From assembly GCA_963815115.1 (NCBI GenBank), contig CAWFFN010000009.1, positions 384,001-448,000 of the forward strand: a stretch of DNA of 64,000 bases. Direction: 5' to 3'. Numbering within the stretch: position 1 is the first letter of the stretch; every line of letters starts with the position of its first letter. This document shows, piece after piece, positions 33,637 to 43,602 of this stretch. The notes beneath the pieces are model-generated. The model had not been told where the DNA came from, made no database searches, and was given only the letters and a program-made list of their open reading frames with translations. The translations under genes were made by a program, and so were the position numbers. This DNA is from an uncultured delta proteobacterium. Its GTDB lineage: Bacteria > Desulfobacterota > Binatia > DP-6.

Positions 33637-34716
33637 TCATCCTCTCGCGTTCCGGCGGCCGCCCCCTACAGCTCCCGCCAGTGCCGTGGCTCGGGCGAGG
33701 ATCTCGCGAGAATGCACGTCGGCGACTTCCCGCAACCGATCCAGCTTCGCAGTGATGCTCCGCACGAAGGCGGACGCATTTGCTCCGAGGTGCATACGTC
33801 CCGACTCCCTCGTGGCGATTCGCTTGAGCCGGGCGACCTCCTCGAAGACCGGGTCGTTCGTCCGCTCCCGGTATGCGGACACGACGGTTCGCGGAGCCGC
33901 TACGGTGAACAGAGCCAGGTAGGACTCCTGTGCGGCCGCGCGAGCGGCGAGGGCCACGTCTTGGCGCGGCGCGCGGGACCCCGTGCCGAACGCGCATACC
34001 AGCTGCGCGCCCTCGAGCCCCGCCTCCTCCTTCGCCTGGAGGAACGCAAAATGGGGCACCGTCAGCCGTACGAACTCGGAGTCTTGGGCGGTCCGAACCA
34101 CCGCGGCGACGACAGCCAGCAGCTCCGCGTCGATCCGTGAATAGTGGGCTATGATGTCTTCCGCGGATCGCTTCAGGCCAGCCGCGTCTGCGCGAACGGA
34201 GTCGATCGCGGCGAGCAGGTGCGCCGACTGGTCGGCGTGATGCAGGACCTGTTCGGGGAGGTCCTCCCTCTGAACGGCAACAAATGTCGCGAATCGCGCC
34301 ACGGCGCGATCGGTCTCCTTCGCCTGGGTTCGGAACCGCTCTGCCGTCCACTCACCACCGCCAGATGCCGCCAGAAGTGACACGAGAACCCGCTCCCTCT
34401 GCAGCTCGTGCAGAAAGCTCCTCACCGCGACGATGAGTCGGGTGGACGGGCACGACGCGTTGCTCCCGGACGGGGCCGCGCTCGCTGGCGGGACGGGTTC
34501 CTCGTCGCGACCCTGGTCCCGACTCTCACGCAGGACCGAGACTCCGACACCCGCAACCCGGAGCCGTTCGAAGACTGCGTCGACAGACCGAAGATCCGAG
34601 GCGGGCGTCCCGACGGGGACCGCGATCTGCAAACGAGCCGCTCGCCCTGCACGCTTCCCATCTTCGATGATTGTCTCGAGCCCGTAGGGGGTGAGCAGGA
34701 GCACCCGGCGCACCAT
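33637..34716 (-). CDS. NIT (nitrate/nitrite-sensing) domain protein
   Basis: 'LHELQRER', 'Q..ETDRA', 'IIAHYS', 'FLQAKEEAGLE' as in NasR-type NIT domains. Confidence 0.7.
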   Translation of the reverse strand: MVRRVLLLTPYGLETIIEDGKRAGRAARLQIAVPVGTPASDLRSVDAVFERLRVAGVGVSVLRESRDQGRDEEPVPPASAAPSGSNASCPSTRLIVAVRSFLHELQRERVLVSLLAASGGGEWTAERFRTQAKETDRAVARFATFVAVQREDLPEQVLHHADQSAHLLAAIDSVRADAAGLKRSAEDIIAHYSRIDAELLAVVAAVVRTAQDSEFVRLTVPHFAFLQAKEEAGLEGAQLVCAFGTGSRAPRQDVALAARAAAQESYLALFTVAAPRTVVSAYRERTNDPVFEEVARLKRIATRESGRMHLGANASAFVRSITAKLDRLREVADVHSREILARATALAGAVGGGRRNARG

Positions 34717-34855
34717 CGCGCGACCCTCACGGTCGAAAGTGACGGTTCGTGCTGGAACGCTGTGACTGCGGGCGGCCGCAGTTACTCGCCGGCGGTCGGC
34801 GAGAAGACCTCGGACGAAGGTGACCATGTCAGCGTACGTTGGAAGCCTCCGCTGC

Positions 34856-35160
34856 GGTAGCTCTCGGCATCTCTTCTGACGTCACCAGTCGCAGGCAGTA
34901 CGAGTAGCGAGACGCTCCAGGACTCGCGGCTCTCGACGGGCGAGGTGCGGAGGTGGGCGGCGGTGAACCAGAGGCCGTGACTTGAGGCCGACGAACCGCG
35001 TGCCGCACGGCGCAGAGCGCGAATGAGCTCCCGTGGCACTCGGGATCGCCCGGATCGAGCTGGCACTGAGTCCCGCGTCGCGCCGGGCGAAGAAGACCGC
35101 CTCGTCGGCGCGTTCCATCTCGGCAAGCTTCGCGCGCAACGAAGTGACTCGGTCGGCCAT
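34856..35160 (-). pseudogene. Degenerate zf-TFIIB-like protein (paralog of 42165-42502)
   Basis: 'SLRAKLAEMERADEAVFFARRD' and, in another frame, 'HGLWFT...RESW'. Confidence 0.55.
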
Positions 35161-35164
35161 ATCC

Positions 35165-35178
35165 TATTGGGGCCAATA
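35165..35178. promoter_or_regulatory. Palindromic operator TATTG-N4-CAATA (candidate MarR site)
   Basis: TATTGGGGCCAATA. Related sites at 35240, 42592, 42793 and 42807. Confidence 0.6.
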
Positions 35179-35255
35179 TATCTTCGATCGTCGGGTTTGG
35201 CCACCCACAGGGAGCCTTGATTCGCACGGGTGCGGATTGTATTGGTACTCATGAG

Positions 35256-35819
35256 ATGGAGGCCGTTCCACGGCGGACTGGGGGGAGGGTGCGCGCCAGG
35301 CAGGCCAACAGGGTGCACGTCCGAGCGGTGGTCGATTCCCTCCGGCGTATCGTCCGTGCTTTCCGCATCTCCGCGCGGGCGCTGGAGAACCGGCTCGGGA
35401 TCAGCGCCGCACAGCTCTTTGTGCTGCACCAGCTCAAGGAGGATGACGCGACGTCGATCGACGAGCTGGCTGCACGAACGATGACCCACCAGAGTTCCGT
35501 GTCGGTCGTGGTCGGACGCCTTGCTGAGCGCCGGCTCGTGACCAGGCGGGTGGCTGCCGACGACGCCCGGCGCACCGAGATCGCCCTCACGGCCAACGGG
35601 CACGCGCTATTGCGGAAAGCACCAGAGGTCATGCAGGAACGGCTGATCGGAGCGCTCGCACGACTCGGCCCTGATCAGCTACACAGCCTCGCGCAGCAGC
35701 TGACCGCCCTCGTTCGAGAGCTCGAGATAGATCGGGGCGAGGCAGGGATGTTCTTGGAGGAGGAGTCCGCCGTCGCGAGCGGCAGGGCGGTGCGGCGGCA
35801 GGCGCTACATCCGCGTTGA
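35256..35819 (+). CDS. MarR-family transcriptional regulator
   Basis: 'ISAAQLFVL', 'SIDELA..T.THQSSVS.VV.RL', 'DARRTEIALTANG'. Confidence 0.9.
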   Translation: MEAVPRRTGGRVRARQANRVHVRAVVDSLRRIVRAFRISARALENRLGISAAQLFVLHQLKEDDATSIDELAARTMTHQSSVSVVVGRLAERRLVTRRVAADDARRTEIALTANGHALLRKAPEVMQERLIGALARLGPDQLHSLAQQLTALVRELEIDRGEAGMFLEEESAVASGRAVRRQALHPR

Positions 35820-35909
35820 CACGAGCCGTCTCGAAGCTTCGCGTCGCGACGCAGACCTACCTCGCCGAGCGAAGCCGCTCTGATCCAGGATAGCTGTGAC
35901 CGAGCGCCT

Positions 35910-36545
35910 TCAACGCCGCAGAGTAGGGTGGGGCGTATCTCCCCGGCCGATGAACCGCTGCTCCACGATCGGCCAGTTCACGTTGGCGAAGAATGCGTCG
36001 ATGTAACGACCTCGCTCGGTCGCCCTATAGTCGACGAGGAACGCGTGTTCCCAGACGTCGAGGACTAGGAGCGGATGAAAGCCGGCCGGGTGTCCGTGTT
36101 CGTGTAATGTGATCCAGTGGTTGCTCAATCGTCCAGTCTCGGGATCCTCATAGAGAATCGCCCAACCTACTCCCCGCATCTTCGCCACGTTGATGAAATC
36201 TCGGCGCCATGCCTCGAAGCTCCGGAAGTGCCTCGACAGCTCGCCATACAATGCCGCATCACGATTCTCGCCCTGCGCTGGGGAGGCCAGGTTCTCAAAA
36301 TACAACTCGTGCAAGCGCATCCCGTTGTACTCGAATCCGAGACGGCGAGTGAGTTCGCTGTATGCAGGAGTGCCGGCCTTGCCCTCCTGGACCAGTGCAG
36401 CGAGCTGTTCGTTGAGCTGGTTCGTGTTCCGGACATATCCGGCGTACAGCTCCAAGTGAGTTTCGATCTGCAGATCTGAGATCCCCTCGAGGTCTTTGAG
36501 CTTGAACACCTTGATCTGGTACGCCTCGGCGGCGAGTTCCTTCAT
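35910..36545 (-). CDS. Fe/Mn superoxide dismutase-family protein (ChrC-like)
   Basis: 'THLELYAGYV', 'LHELYF', 'GVGWA', 'DVWEHAF'. Confidence 0.88.
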   Translation of the reverse strand: MKELAAEAYQIKVFKLKDLEGISDLQIETHLELYAGYVRNTNQLNEQLAALVQEGKAGTPAYSELTRRLGFEYNGMRLHELYFENLASPAQGENRDAALYGELSRHFRSFEAWRRDFINVAKMRGVGWAILYEDPETGRLSNHWITLHEHGHPAGFHPLLVLDVWEHAFLVDYRATERGRYIDAFFANVNWPIVEQRFIGRGDTPHPTLRR

Positions 36546-36906
36546 CGCCTGCCCCCGTCTTTCGGAGGGTGAAAGCATTGCCAATTCTCCTTTGATCCTC
36601 GAGCGACACGTTGTGTTGCACTTCACACAACCGGTCGGTGATGAGCTCCTGGCTAGTGAGACGTCGCGGTCCTTGGAGGCTTCATCGGCGGTGAGGACCG
36701 GCTTCCTGAGATGTGTCGTTCGCCTCTCGTGCTCCTTCGGAGACCTATCGGATGAATGATCCCGTGAATGATCCCGGGTTTCGGCTCGTCAGATCATCAG
36801 GGAAATAGCGCTCGTGCCCCGGGGTTCTCGACGGCCGATGGAGAGCTCTGGCGCCGGACGGCAAATTCCTTGTCTCGATCATCGGGACAACGTGGTCGGG
36901 AGAGAC

Positions 36907-37893
36907 ATGCGAAGCGCTGCCCTCCGGAGCATGTCGGTTGTTGTCGCCTCGATCGTCCTGGCGAGCACGCCGATCCCTGGCGCAGCGCCCAAGGCCTCCG
37001 CCCTGAAGGGGCTGCGGAGAAGCAGCGCGCGGGTGCTGATCTTCGCACCGCACCCCGACGACGAGGTGCTCGGCGCCGCCGGCCTGATCCGGCGCGTCGT
37101 CGAGGGGGGCGGCAGCGTGCGCGTCGTCTTCATGACCAGCGGAGACGGGTTCGCTGCCGGCGTCACGCGCGAGACGCACAGCCCGCATCCGAGCGCAGAT
37201 GACTATCGCCGGTATGCGCAGCAGCGCGAGGCGGAGGCGGTTCGTGGCTTGGCGACCCTCGGCGTCGGGCGCGATCAGATGGTCTTCCTCGGGTTCCCCG
37301 ACCGAGGCTTGTGTCCGATCCGCCGTCTCTATCAGATCGATCGCGCACCCTACTATCGCTCGCCGTTCACGGCGGCCGACCGTCCGCCGCCCGCGGAGGC
37401 CCTCATCCGCGATACCGAGTACGATGTCGCCGATCTCGAGCATGAGCTGCGACGCCTGATCCTGCACTTCCGGCCCACGCTCGTCCTCGTCCCCCATTGG
37501 GCGGACACGCATCCCGATCACTGCACCACGTTTTTCTTCGTACGGGACGCGCTCCGCAACGTCGAGGGAGAGCTCCCGGGTTTTCATGCCGATCTGGTCG
37601 CGTACCTGATCCACTTCGGTGGCTGGCCCGAAGGCGCCACCTCCGCGCTGGCGCCTCCACACGACTTCCCGGCTTCGGCCAAGTGGGTGAAGTTCCCGCT
37701 CACGCCTCGCGAGGCGACGCTCAAGCGGGACGCGGTGGCACAGTATCGGACCCAGATGGACGTCATGGCGGGCTATCTCCTGGGTTTCGCGCGCTCCAAC
37801 GAGCTCTTCGTCCTCGACCCCGAGCGACTTCCCACCGACGCCGAGCGGCGCTGCTGCGAGCCCCCGACGAGCCCGGAGGGGAGGGGATCATGA
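36907..37893 (+). CDS. PIG-L family deacetylase with signal peptide
   Basis: 'APHPDDE', 'TSGD', 'LGFPD', 'DTHPDH'. Confidence 0.9.
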   Translation: MRSAALRSMSVVVASIVLASTPIPGAAPKASALKGLRRSSARVLIFAPHPDDEVLGAAGLIRRVVEGGGSVRVVFMTSGDGFAAGVTRETHSPHPSADDYRRYAQQREAEAVRGLATLGVGRDQMVFLGFPDRGLCPIRRLYQIDRAPYYRSPFTAADRPPPAEALIRDTEYDVADLEHELRRLILHFRPTLVLVPHWADTHPDHCTTFFFVRDALRNVEGELPGFHADLVAYLIHFGGWPEGATSALAPPHDFPASAKWVKFPLTPREATLKRDAVAQYRTQMDVMAGYLLGFARSNELFVLDPERLPTDAERRCCEPPTSPEGRGS

Positions 37894-39017
37894 CGAGCCA
37901 GCCGGGCAGGGGCGAGCGAATGCGTCTGGTCTCGCTCGACGTCTTCCGGGGCGTGGCGGTGGCGGGCATGATCCTGGTCAACCATCCCGGCGACCCGGAG
38001 CGAGTGTGGCCGCCGCTGGCTCATGCGGCATGGGACGGCTGGACCGCCGCCGATCTGGTGTTCCCCGGCTTCCTCTTCATCGTCGGGGTGGCGATCGCGC
38101 TGTCGCTCGGCCCGTGGGAAGGTTCCAAGGGCATCCGGGGGCCGCTCGTGCGCCGCATCATCCTGCGTACCCTGAGCCTGGTCGCTCTCGGGCTCCTCCT
38201 GAACGCCTTCCCGTCCTTCGATTTCGCCACTCTGCGGATCCCGGGGGTGCTCCAGCGCATCGCGCTCTGCTATCTGCTGGCGTCGCTCGCATTCCTCGCT
38301 CTGGACGTTACCGGGCAGGCGGTGCTGCTCGTTGCGTTGCTGGTAACCTACTGGCTCCTGATGACGCGCGTCCCCGTGCCCGGGACTGGACCCGGCGTGC
38401 TCGAGCCGGGAGCCGACCTGGCAGCCTGGCTCGATCGCCTGATGCTGGACGGACATCTCGGGCACGGGTCGTGGGACCCCGAAGGCTTCCTTTCGACCCT
38501 CCCCGCGCTCGCGAGCACGCTCATGGGCGTGCTTGCAGGCCAGTGGATGCGCGGCGCGCGCAGCATGAGCGCGAAGAGCGCCGGCCTCGTCGTCGCTGGT
38601 CTGGCGGGAGTGGTCCTCGGCGAATGGCTCGGTCGCTGGTTCCCGATCAACAAGAACCTGTGGACGAGTTCGTTTGCGGTCCTCACGGGCGGAATGTCGG
38701 CCCTGCTGTTCGGCGTGGCCTGTTGGCTGGTCGACGTGAAACGACATCGCCGCGCCGCCATTCCCTTCCTGATTTTCGGCCGGAACGCGATTGTCCTCTA
38801 CGTTCTCGCGACCCTCGTCGCGAAGCTCCTCGACGCCGTCAGCGTCGCAGAGGGTGATGCGACCAGGTCATCGCTTCGTGAGGTGATGTACCACGAGGGC
38901 TTCGCGAGCTGGGCGGGCCCCACGCTCGGTTCGTTCCTCTTCGCGCTGGTCTTCGTCGCGGTATGGCTGCTGCCCATGGCCGTGCTCTACCGCCGTGGCG
39001 TATTCATCAGGGTGTGA
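37890..39017 (+). CDS. Heparan-alpha-glucosaminide N-acetyltransferase-like membrane protein (NagX/DUF5009)
   Basis: 'RLVSLDVFRG', 'H..WDG.T.ADLVFP', 'GVLQRIA', 'DPEG', 'PINKNLWTSSF'. Confidence 0.9.
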   Translation: MTSQPGRGERMRLVSLDVFRGVAVAGMILVNHPGDPERVWPPLAHAAWDGWTAADLVFPGFLFIVGVAIALSLGPWEGSKGIRGPLVRRIILRTLSLVALGLLLNAFPSFDFATLRIPGVLQRIALCYLLASLAFLALDVTGQAVLLVALLVTYWLLMTRVPVPGTGPGVLEPGADLAAWLDRLMLDGHLGHGSWDPEGFLSTLPALASTLMGVLAGQWMRGARSMSAKSAGLVVAGLAGVVLGEWLGRWFPINKNLWTSSFAVLTGGMSALLFGVACWLVDVKRHRRAAIPFLIFGRNAIVLYVLATLVAKLLDAVSVAEGDATRSSLREVMYHEGFASWAGPTLGSFLFALVFVAVWLLPMAVLYRRGVFIRV

Positions 39018-39020
39018 GCG

Positions 39021-40076
39021 ATGGCCGAGCATCCCCTGCACGTCGGTCTGGTGGCCCCGCTCTGGTACCCGATCGAGCCGGATCGTGGCGGCATCGAGCA
39101 GGTCGTCTCGCTACTTGCGCGCGAACTGCGCACCCGAGGGCACCGCGTTACCCTGATCGCCGCGGGCGGCTCTGTTCCCATCGGGCGGCTCGTTCGCGTG
39201 TGCCCGGAGGGGATTGCCACCGCGATGGACCGGGGCACTGCGTGCGAGTATCCGCTGTACGAGGCCGCCGCCGTCGGACGCGCGCTGCGAGTCGCGCGGG
39301 AGGTCGACGTGCTGCACAGTCACCTCGGCGCGCGGCTGGTACCGATCGCGGCCTTCGCGCAGGCACCGATCGTCCATACTATCCATACCTCGATCAGTAG
39401 CGACATGCGCTGGCTGCTCGGTGAGTTCCCCGGTGCCCAGCTCACCGTCGTGAGCCGGGCGCAAGCAGCAGCGCTCGGCAGCGTCGGCAGTCCAGAGGTG
39501 ATCACCAACGGGATCGACATGGAGGCAATGTCGTTCTCAGCCGTGGCGGACGACTACCTGCTCGTGCTCGGACGGATCGAAGCGCGCAAGGGTGTCGACG
39601 TGGCGATCGACGTCGCACGTGCCACACGGCGCCGGCTGGTCATCGCAGGTCGAGTCGCCGACCGGGCCTTCTTCGAGGAGCATATCCACCCCCGCCTGAA
39701 CGACCAGGTCCGCTGGATAGGTCCCGTGGGCGGTACGGAGAAGATGCGCCTTCTCAAGCGCGCCCGTGCGCTGCTCTTCCCGGTGCAGTGGGAGGAGGCG
39801 TTCGGCCTCGTCATGATCGAGGCCATGGCGTGCGGCACTCCGGTCGTCGCGCTGGCGCGGGGGGCGGTGCCGGAGATCATCACGCCGGGAGAGAACGGCG
39901 CCTACGCCGGTGATGCCGGAGAGCTGCCGTTCCTGGTTGACCGCGTTGCGGCGCTCGATCGGGCACGCGTTCGTGCAACCGTCGAGCAGCGCTTCTCTCA
40001 CCACCGCATGGTGAGCGCATATGTCGACCTCTATCGGCGCGTGTTGACCGAGAGAGCGGCGAATCGGGAGGTCTGA
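39021..40076 (+). CDS. Glycosyltransferase family 4
   Basis: 'GGIE', 'LGRIEARKG', 'EAFGLVMIEAMACGTPV'. Confidence 0.92.
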   Translation: MAEHPLHVGLVAPLWYPIEPDRGGIEQVVSLLARELRTRGHRVTLIAAGGSVPIGRLVRVCPEGIATAMDRGTACEYPLYEAAAVGRALRVAREVDVLHSHLGARLVPIAAFAQAPIVHTIHTSISSDMRWLLGEFPGAQLTVVSRAQAAALGSVGSPEVITNGIDMEAMSFSAVADDYLLVLGRIEARKGVDVAIDVARATRRRLVIAGRVADRAFFEEHIHPRLNDQVRWIGPVGGTEKMRLLKRARALLFPVQWEEAFGLVMIEAMACGTPVVALARGAVPEIITPGENGAYAGDAGELPFLVDRVAALDRARVRATVEQRFSHHRMVSAYVDLYRRVLTERAANREV

Positions 40077-40096
40077 TCCGGGCGTAGGGGACCGTG

Positions 40097-40870
40097 TCAG
40101 CCGCGCGGTGGCAGATCGGATCGCAAGCGCGCCAGGCCCTTCGTCGCGAGCCCCCGCACACCCGGGTCCGATGCGCGTGCCGCCAGGAGCGAGAGCGCGT
40201 CCGTGGCATGCGCCCCACCCCACGAGCGCGCCAGCGTGACAACCTTTCGGTCGTCGAGCGCAAGGAATGAGGTGCGGAGCGCGGGTACGGTCTGGAGAGT
40301 ACGCAGGAAAGTGCCGACCACCTCGCCCCGGAGGGCTGCGTCATCGAGCCGGAGCCCGCGCAGGACCCGGGCCAGGGGAAGCGGTCCGTGGACGGCGCCG
40401 AGGGCAACGGCGAGCCGATCGGAGATGGTGACCGGCGGTTGCCGCGCCACGACGACCTCGAACGAGGCACCGGGCGGCATTTGCGACCCGCGTGTAACGG
40501 GAAGCGCCGGAATCCCGAGGAGCTTCACACGCTCCGGCTGACCGCTCGCGCCGTACACGAGGGTGAAGTTCTGACGACCAATCAAGCGGCGGAGCGCTTC
40601 GGCGAGTGGGACGTCGTCAAAGCGCTTGAATACGTCGCGCTCGTCGAGAGGCGTCCCGTCGAAGCGCAGGCCGGTCTCCGCCGACACCGCGTGCAGGACG
40701 TCATCGAGCGGCAGGCCGTGGATGCGGGCGCTCAGGCGGCCGTCGTGGTAGCGGATGACGGGTGCTGACACGTCGTCGGCCTGCGCCGGCTCGGCCGCGA
40801 AGACGTCAGCGGCGAGGAGGAAGACCGCTACGGCAGCGAGCCACGGCGCGCGCCGGATCGGGACCGGCAT
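40097..40870 (-). CDS. Secreted hypothetical protein with an STN/secretin-N0-like domain and helical C-terminus
   Basis: Signal peptide, 'LSARIHGLPLDDVLHAVSAETGL...FDDVPLAEALRRL'. Confidence 0.6.
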   Translation of the reverse strand: MPVPIRRAPWLAAVAVFLLAADVFAAEPAQADDVSAPVIRYHDGRLSARIHGLPLDDVLHAVSAETGLRFDGTPLDERDVFKRFDDVPLAEALRRLIGRQNFTLVYGASGQPERVKLLGIPALPVTRGSQMPPGASFEVVVARQPPVTISDRLAVALGAVHGPLPLARVLRGLRLDDAALRGEVVGTFLRTLQTVPALRTSFLALDDRKVVTLARSWGGAHATDALSLLAARASDPGVRGLATKGLARLRSDLPPRG

Positions 40871-40951
40871 GACACGACGATGCCCCGTCCGGCTGCGGGG
40901 CGCAAGCGGTTTTCGGCCGCGCGGCGGATCCGATCATCAATGCTGCCAGGC

Positions 40952-42112
40952 TCATTCAGGTTCGACGGCAAGTAGGCGTCTCAGAAGCGGCGCGACGAGA
41001 GCCGAACCCGCCATGCGCATCACGAGGTCGCGTACGGCAAGCCGGATGCGGCCGTCGGGCACGAACCAGCGTGCCATGGTCCGGCCCGCCTCCTGCGTTC
41101 GCTCGACAGCGGGCCTCATTCGGCGTTCGTAACGCTCGAGGGCACTCTCGATGTCATGGCCAGCGCCGCGGAGCTCGGTGGCCAGGGCGTCCGCACCGGC
41201 AACCGCCAACGAGGCACCTTGACCTGCCAGCAGCGAAACGCACTGACATGCGTCGCCCACGAGCGTCACGCGACCTGAACTCCACCGGGGCATGACGATC
41301 TGCGACACCGCGTCGAAGTACAGACACTCCGGATTGCACCGCACGAGAAGTTCGGGAACGATCCAGTCGAGGGTCCGGTAGGCTCGTCGCAGCTCGTCCA
41401 CCGCGGCAACGGTCGTCAGCGCGCCGAGGCGGCGGTGATCCTTGTGCAGGAAGAACGTCGCGAGACGACCGCCTCGGATGGGATACACGCCGACCTGGCA
41501 TCCGGGCACCGTCATCAAGGAGAACACATCGGAGGCGACCGGGAGTCCCGAGGGATCATCAACGATGAACGCCGCAGTATAGTGATCCAGGAATCGTGCG
41601 AAGCTCTCCTCGGTGCCGAAGGCGAGTTCGCGGACGTTCGAATGGACGCCGTCGGCTCCCACCGCGAGGTCGACGCGCCGGCGTTCTCCGTCTGACAGGC
41701 TCACCTCCACGCTACCACCGTCGTCCGTGAGGGATTCGATCTTGGTCGCGAACCGAGTCTCGATGCGCGCGCCGACCCTGTCGCGAAGGAGCCGTTCGAG
41801 GTCTCCCCGCATGAAATTGAAATGGCGGCCGCCGAACAACCGCCTGAGACGCGGATATGCCACCGAGTACTTCTCGCGGCCGCGACCGTCGAGGAAGGCG
41901 AGCCGCGCGATAGAGTAGTGGATGTCCTGCAGAGCCGGTAATAGCCCCCAGGCTTCGCACACGGCATAGCCGGGCCCGAAGAAATCGACCATGTAGCCCG
42001 CGTCGCGCCAGGACGGTGCCTGCTCGATGAGTGTCACGGCATGGCCATCGCGCTGCAGTGCGAAAGCCAGGCTCAGACCGGCGATTCCCGCCCCCGAGAT
42101 CAGAACGTTCAT
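40952..42112 (-). CDS. FAD-dependent monooxygenase
   Basis: 'ISGAGIAG', 'GADGVHS', 'LVGDA...GQGASLA'. Confidence 0.92.
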   Translation of the reverse strand: MNVLISGAGIAGLSLAFALQRDGHAVTLIEQAPSWRDAGYMVDFFGPGYAVCEAWGLLPALQDIHYSIARLAFLDGRGREKYSVAYPRLRRLFGGRHFNFMRGDLERLLRDRVGARIETRFATKIESLTDDGGSVEVSLSDGERRRVDLAVGADGVHSNVRELAFGTEESFARFLDHYTAAFIVDDPSGLPVASDVFSLMTVPGCQVGVYPIRGGRLATFFLHKDHRRLGALTTVAAVDELRRAYRTLDWIVPELLVRCNPECLYFDAVSQIVMPRWSSGRVTLVGDACQCVSLLAGQGASLAVAGADALATELRGAGHDIESALERYERRMRPAVERTQEAGRTMARWFVPDGRIRLAVRDLVMRMAGSALVAPLLRRLLAVEPE

Positions 42113-42164
42113 GAGCCGGGCAACACGTCCTGAGCGCTGTGCGTCGGGCGAATCCCGCCCGCGC

Positions 42165-42502
42165 TCACTTCTCCTTCAGGCGCGGCCGGAAGAAGTACCG
42201 GCCGATCCAGGAGTTGCGCTCGCGCTTTGCCAGCGCGTGGAGCTCCGACTCGGTCATCCACAGGCCGTGCCCGTCGGGTAGTGCTCGACAGTGACGCCGT
42301 GAAGTGCCACCCGATCCAGCGCCTTCCCGCAATCGGGACAGCGCATGTGCACCAACTCGCGGATCTCCCGGTGCTGTGCTTCCTCTCGCGCCCCGCGCAG
42401 GTGCTCCACGAGCGCATGGTCGCGCTTTCCGAAGAACACCGCCTCCTCCGCCCGTTCCTTCTTGCGGAGCTTCTCGTCCAATGAACCGGTTTCGTTGTGC
42501 AT
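42165..42502 (-). pseudogene. zf-TFIIB-like Zn-ribbon protein, frameshift near 42270
   Basis: 'KERAEEAVFF..RD', 'MRCPDCG', then 'HGLWMTESEL' in another frame. Confidence 0.65.
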
Positions 42503-42669
42503 GACTCCTCTGTCCGTTCGCGCGCGACTCGGCCGCCCGCCCGGCGGCGCCACTGGCGGTCAGCCGATCGCCGGCCCGTCGCCCTGCGATGTATTGACTC
42601 CAATATAACACAGGACGCGGGGGAGTACAGTGACCAAGAGCCAACGGGCATCCCGCCCGGATGCAAAAC

Positions 42670-42725
42670 GGCACGGACGTGCGTGCGGTGATGGATGCGC
42701 TCCGGCGGATCGTGCGGCGCCGTCT
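42670..42725 (+). pseudogene. MarR N-terminal remnant
   Basis: 'DVRAVMDALRRIVR' versus 'HVRAVVDSLRRIVR' in the MarR at 35256. Confidence 0.55.
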
Positions 42726-42918
42726 GAATCGCCGCGAACGCGCCGCGACCGGAGCTCCCTGGACATCCGCGAGTTTCCCCTATTGACCGTTACATGGGTC
42801 TCAATGTATTGGGGACAATGTAACTACGCGCCGACGTGCGACGCCACGTGGCACGGCGTCGACCGCGAGAACCCGAAGAAGCCCTCATGGCAATGGATCC
42901 GTTCGGTTTCAGGGAAAC

Positions 42919-43560
42919 GTGTTGAAGCAGCCGGCGGCGCGAGAGTACAAAGTGAGGCTCTTCGAGCTGAAGGGCCTCGACGGCATCTCCGATCTGCAGA
43001 TCGAGACCCACCTCGAGCTCTACGCCGACTACGTGAACAGCACGAACCGCTTGAACGAGGAGCTCGACGAGCTCGTCCGGAGGAGGAGGGCGAGTACCCC
43101 GGCATATGCCGAGCTCACGCGCCGCCTGGGCTTCGAGTACAACGGGATGCGGCTACACGAGCTCTACTTCGAGAACCTCGCGCCGCGCGCCACCGAGCTG
43201 GGCAGGGGCTCGGTTCTCCATGAGCGGCTGTCCAGCGCCTTCGGACGCTTCGAGAGGTGGCGGCGGGACTTCGTGACGGTGGGCCGGATGCGCGGTGTCG
43301 GCTGGGCGATCCTGTACGAGGATCCCGAGACCCGGCGGCTCAGCAACCACTGGATCACCCTACACGAGCACGGCCACCCGGCGGGATTCCGGCCGCTGCT
43401 CGTGATGGACGTATGGGAGCACGCGTTCATGGTCGACTACGGCCCGACCGAGCGCGCCAAGTATGTCGACGCCTTCTTCGCCAACGTCGACTGGGGTGTG
43501 GTCGAGCGCCGGTTTCGCGCGTCAGGGGAGGCCGATGTGCGCACGGCGGTCCAGCGTTGA
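42919..43560 (+). CDS. Fe/Mn superoxide dismutase-family protein, paralog 2
   Basis: Same motifs as 35910-36545, with long identical peptide stretches ('ELTRRLGFEYNGMRLHELYFENLA'). Confidence 0.88.
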   Translation: MLKQPAAREYKVRLFELKGLDGISDLQIETHLELYADYVNSTNRLNEELDELVRRRRASTPAYAELTRRLGFEYNGMRLHELYFENLAPRATELGRGSVLHERLSSAFGRFERWRRDFVTVGRMRGVGWAILYEDPETRRLSNHWITLHEHGHPAGFRPLLVMDVWEHAFMVDYGPTERAKYVDAFFANVDWGVVERRFRASGEADVRTAVQR

Positions 43561-43602
43561 GCCGAACCTGCCGCTCGGTGCACACCGCGTCCGGGCGGAG
43601 CG

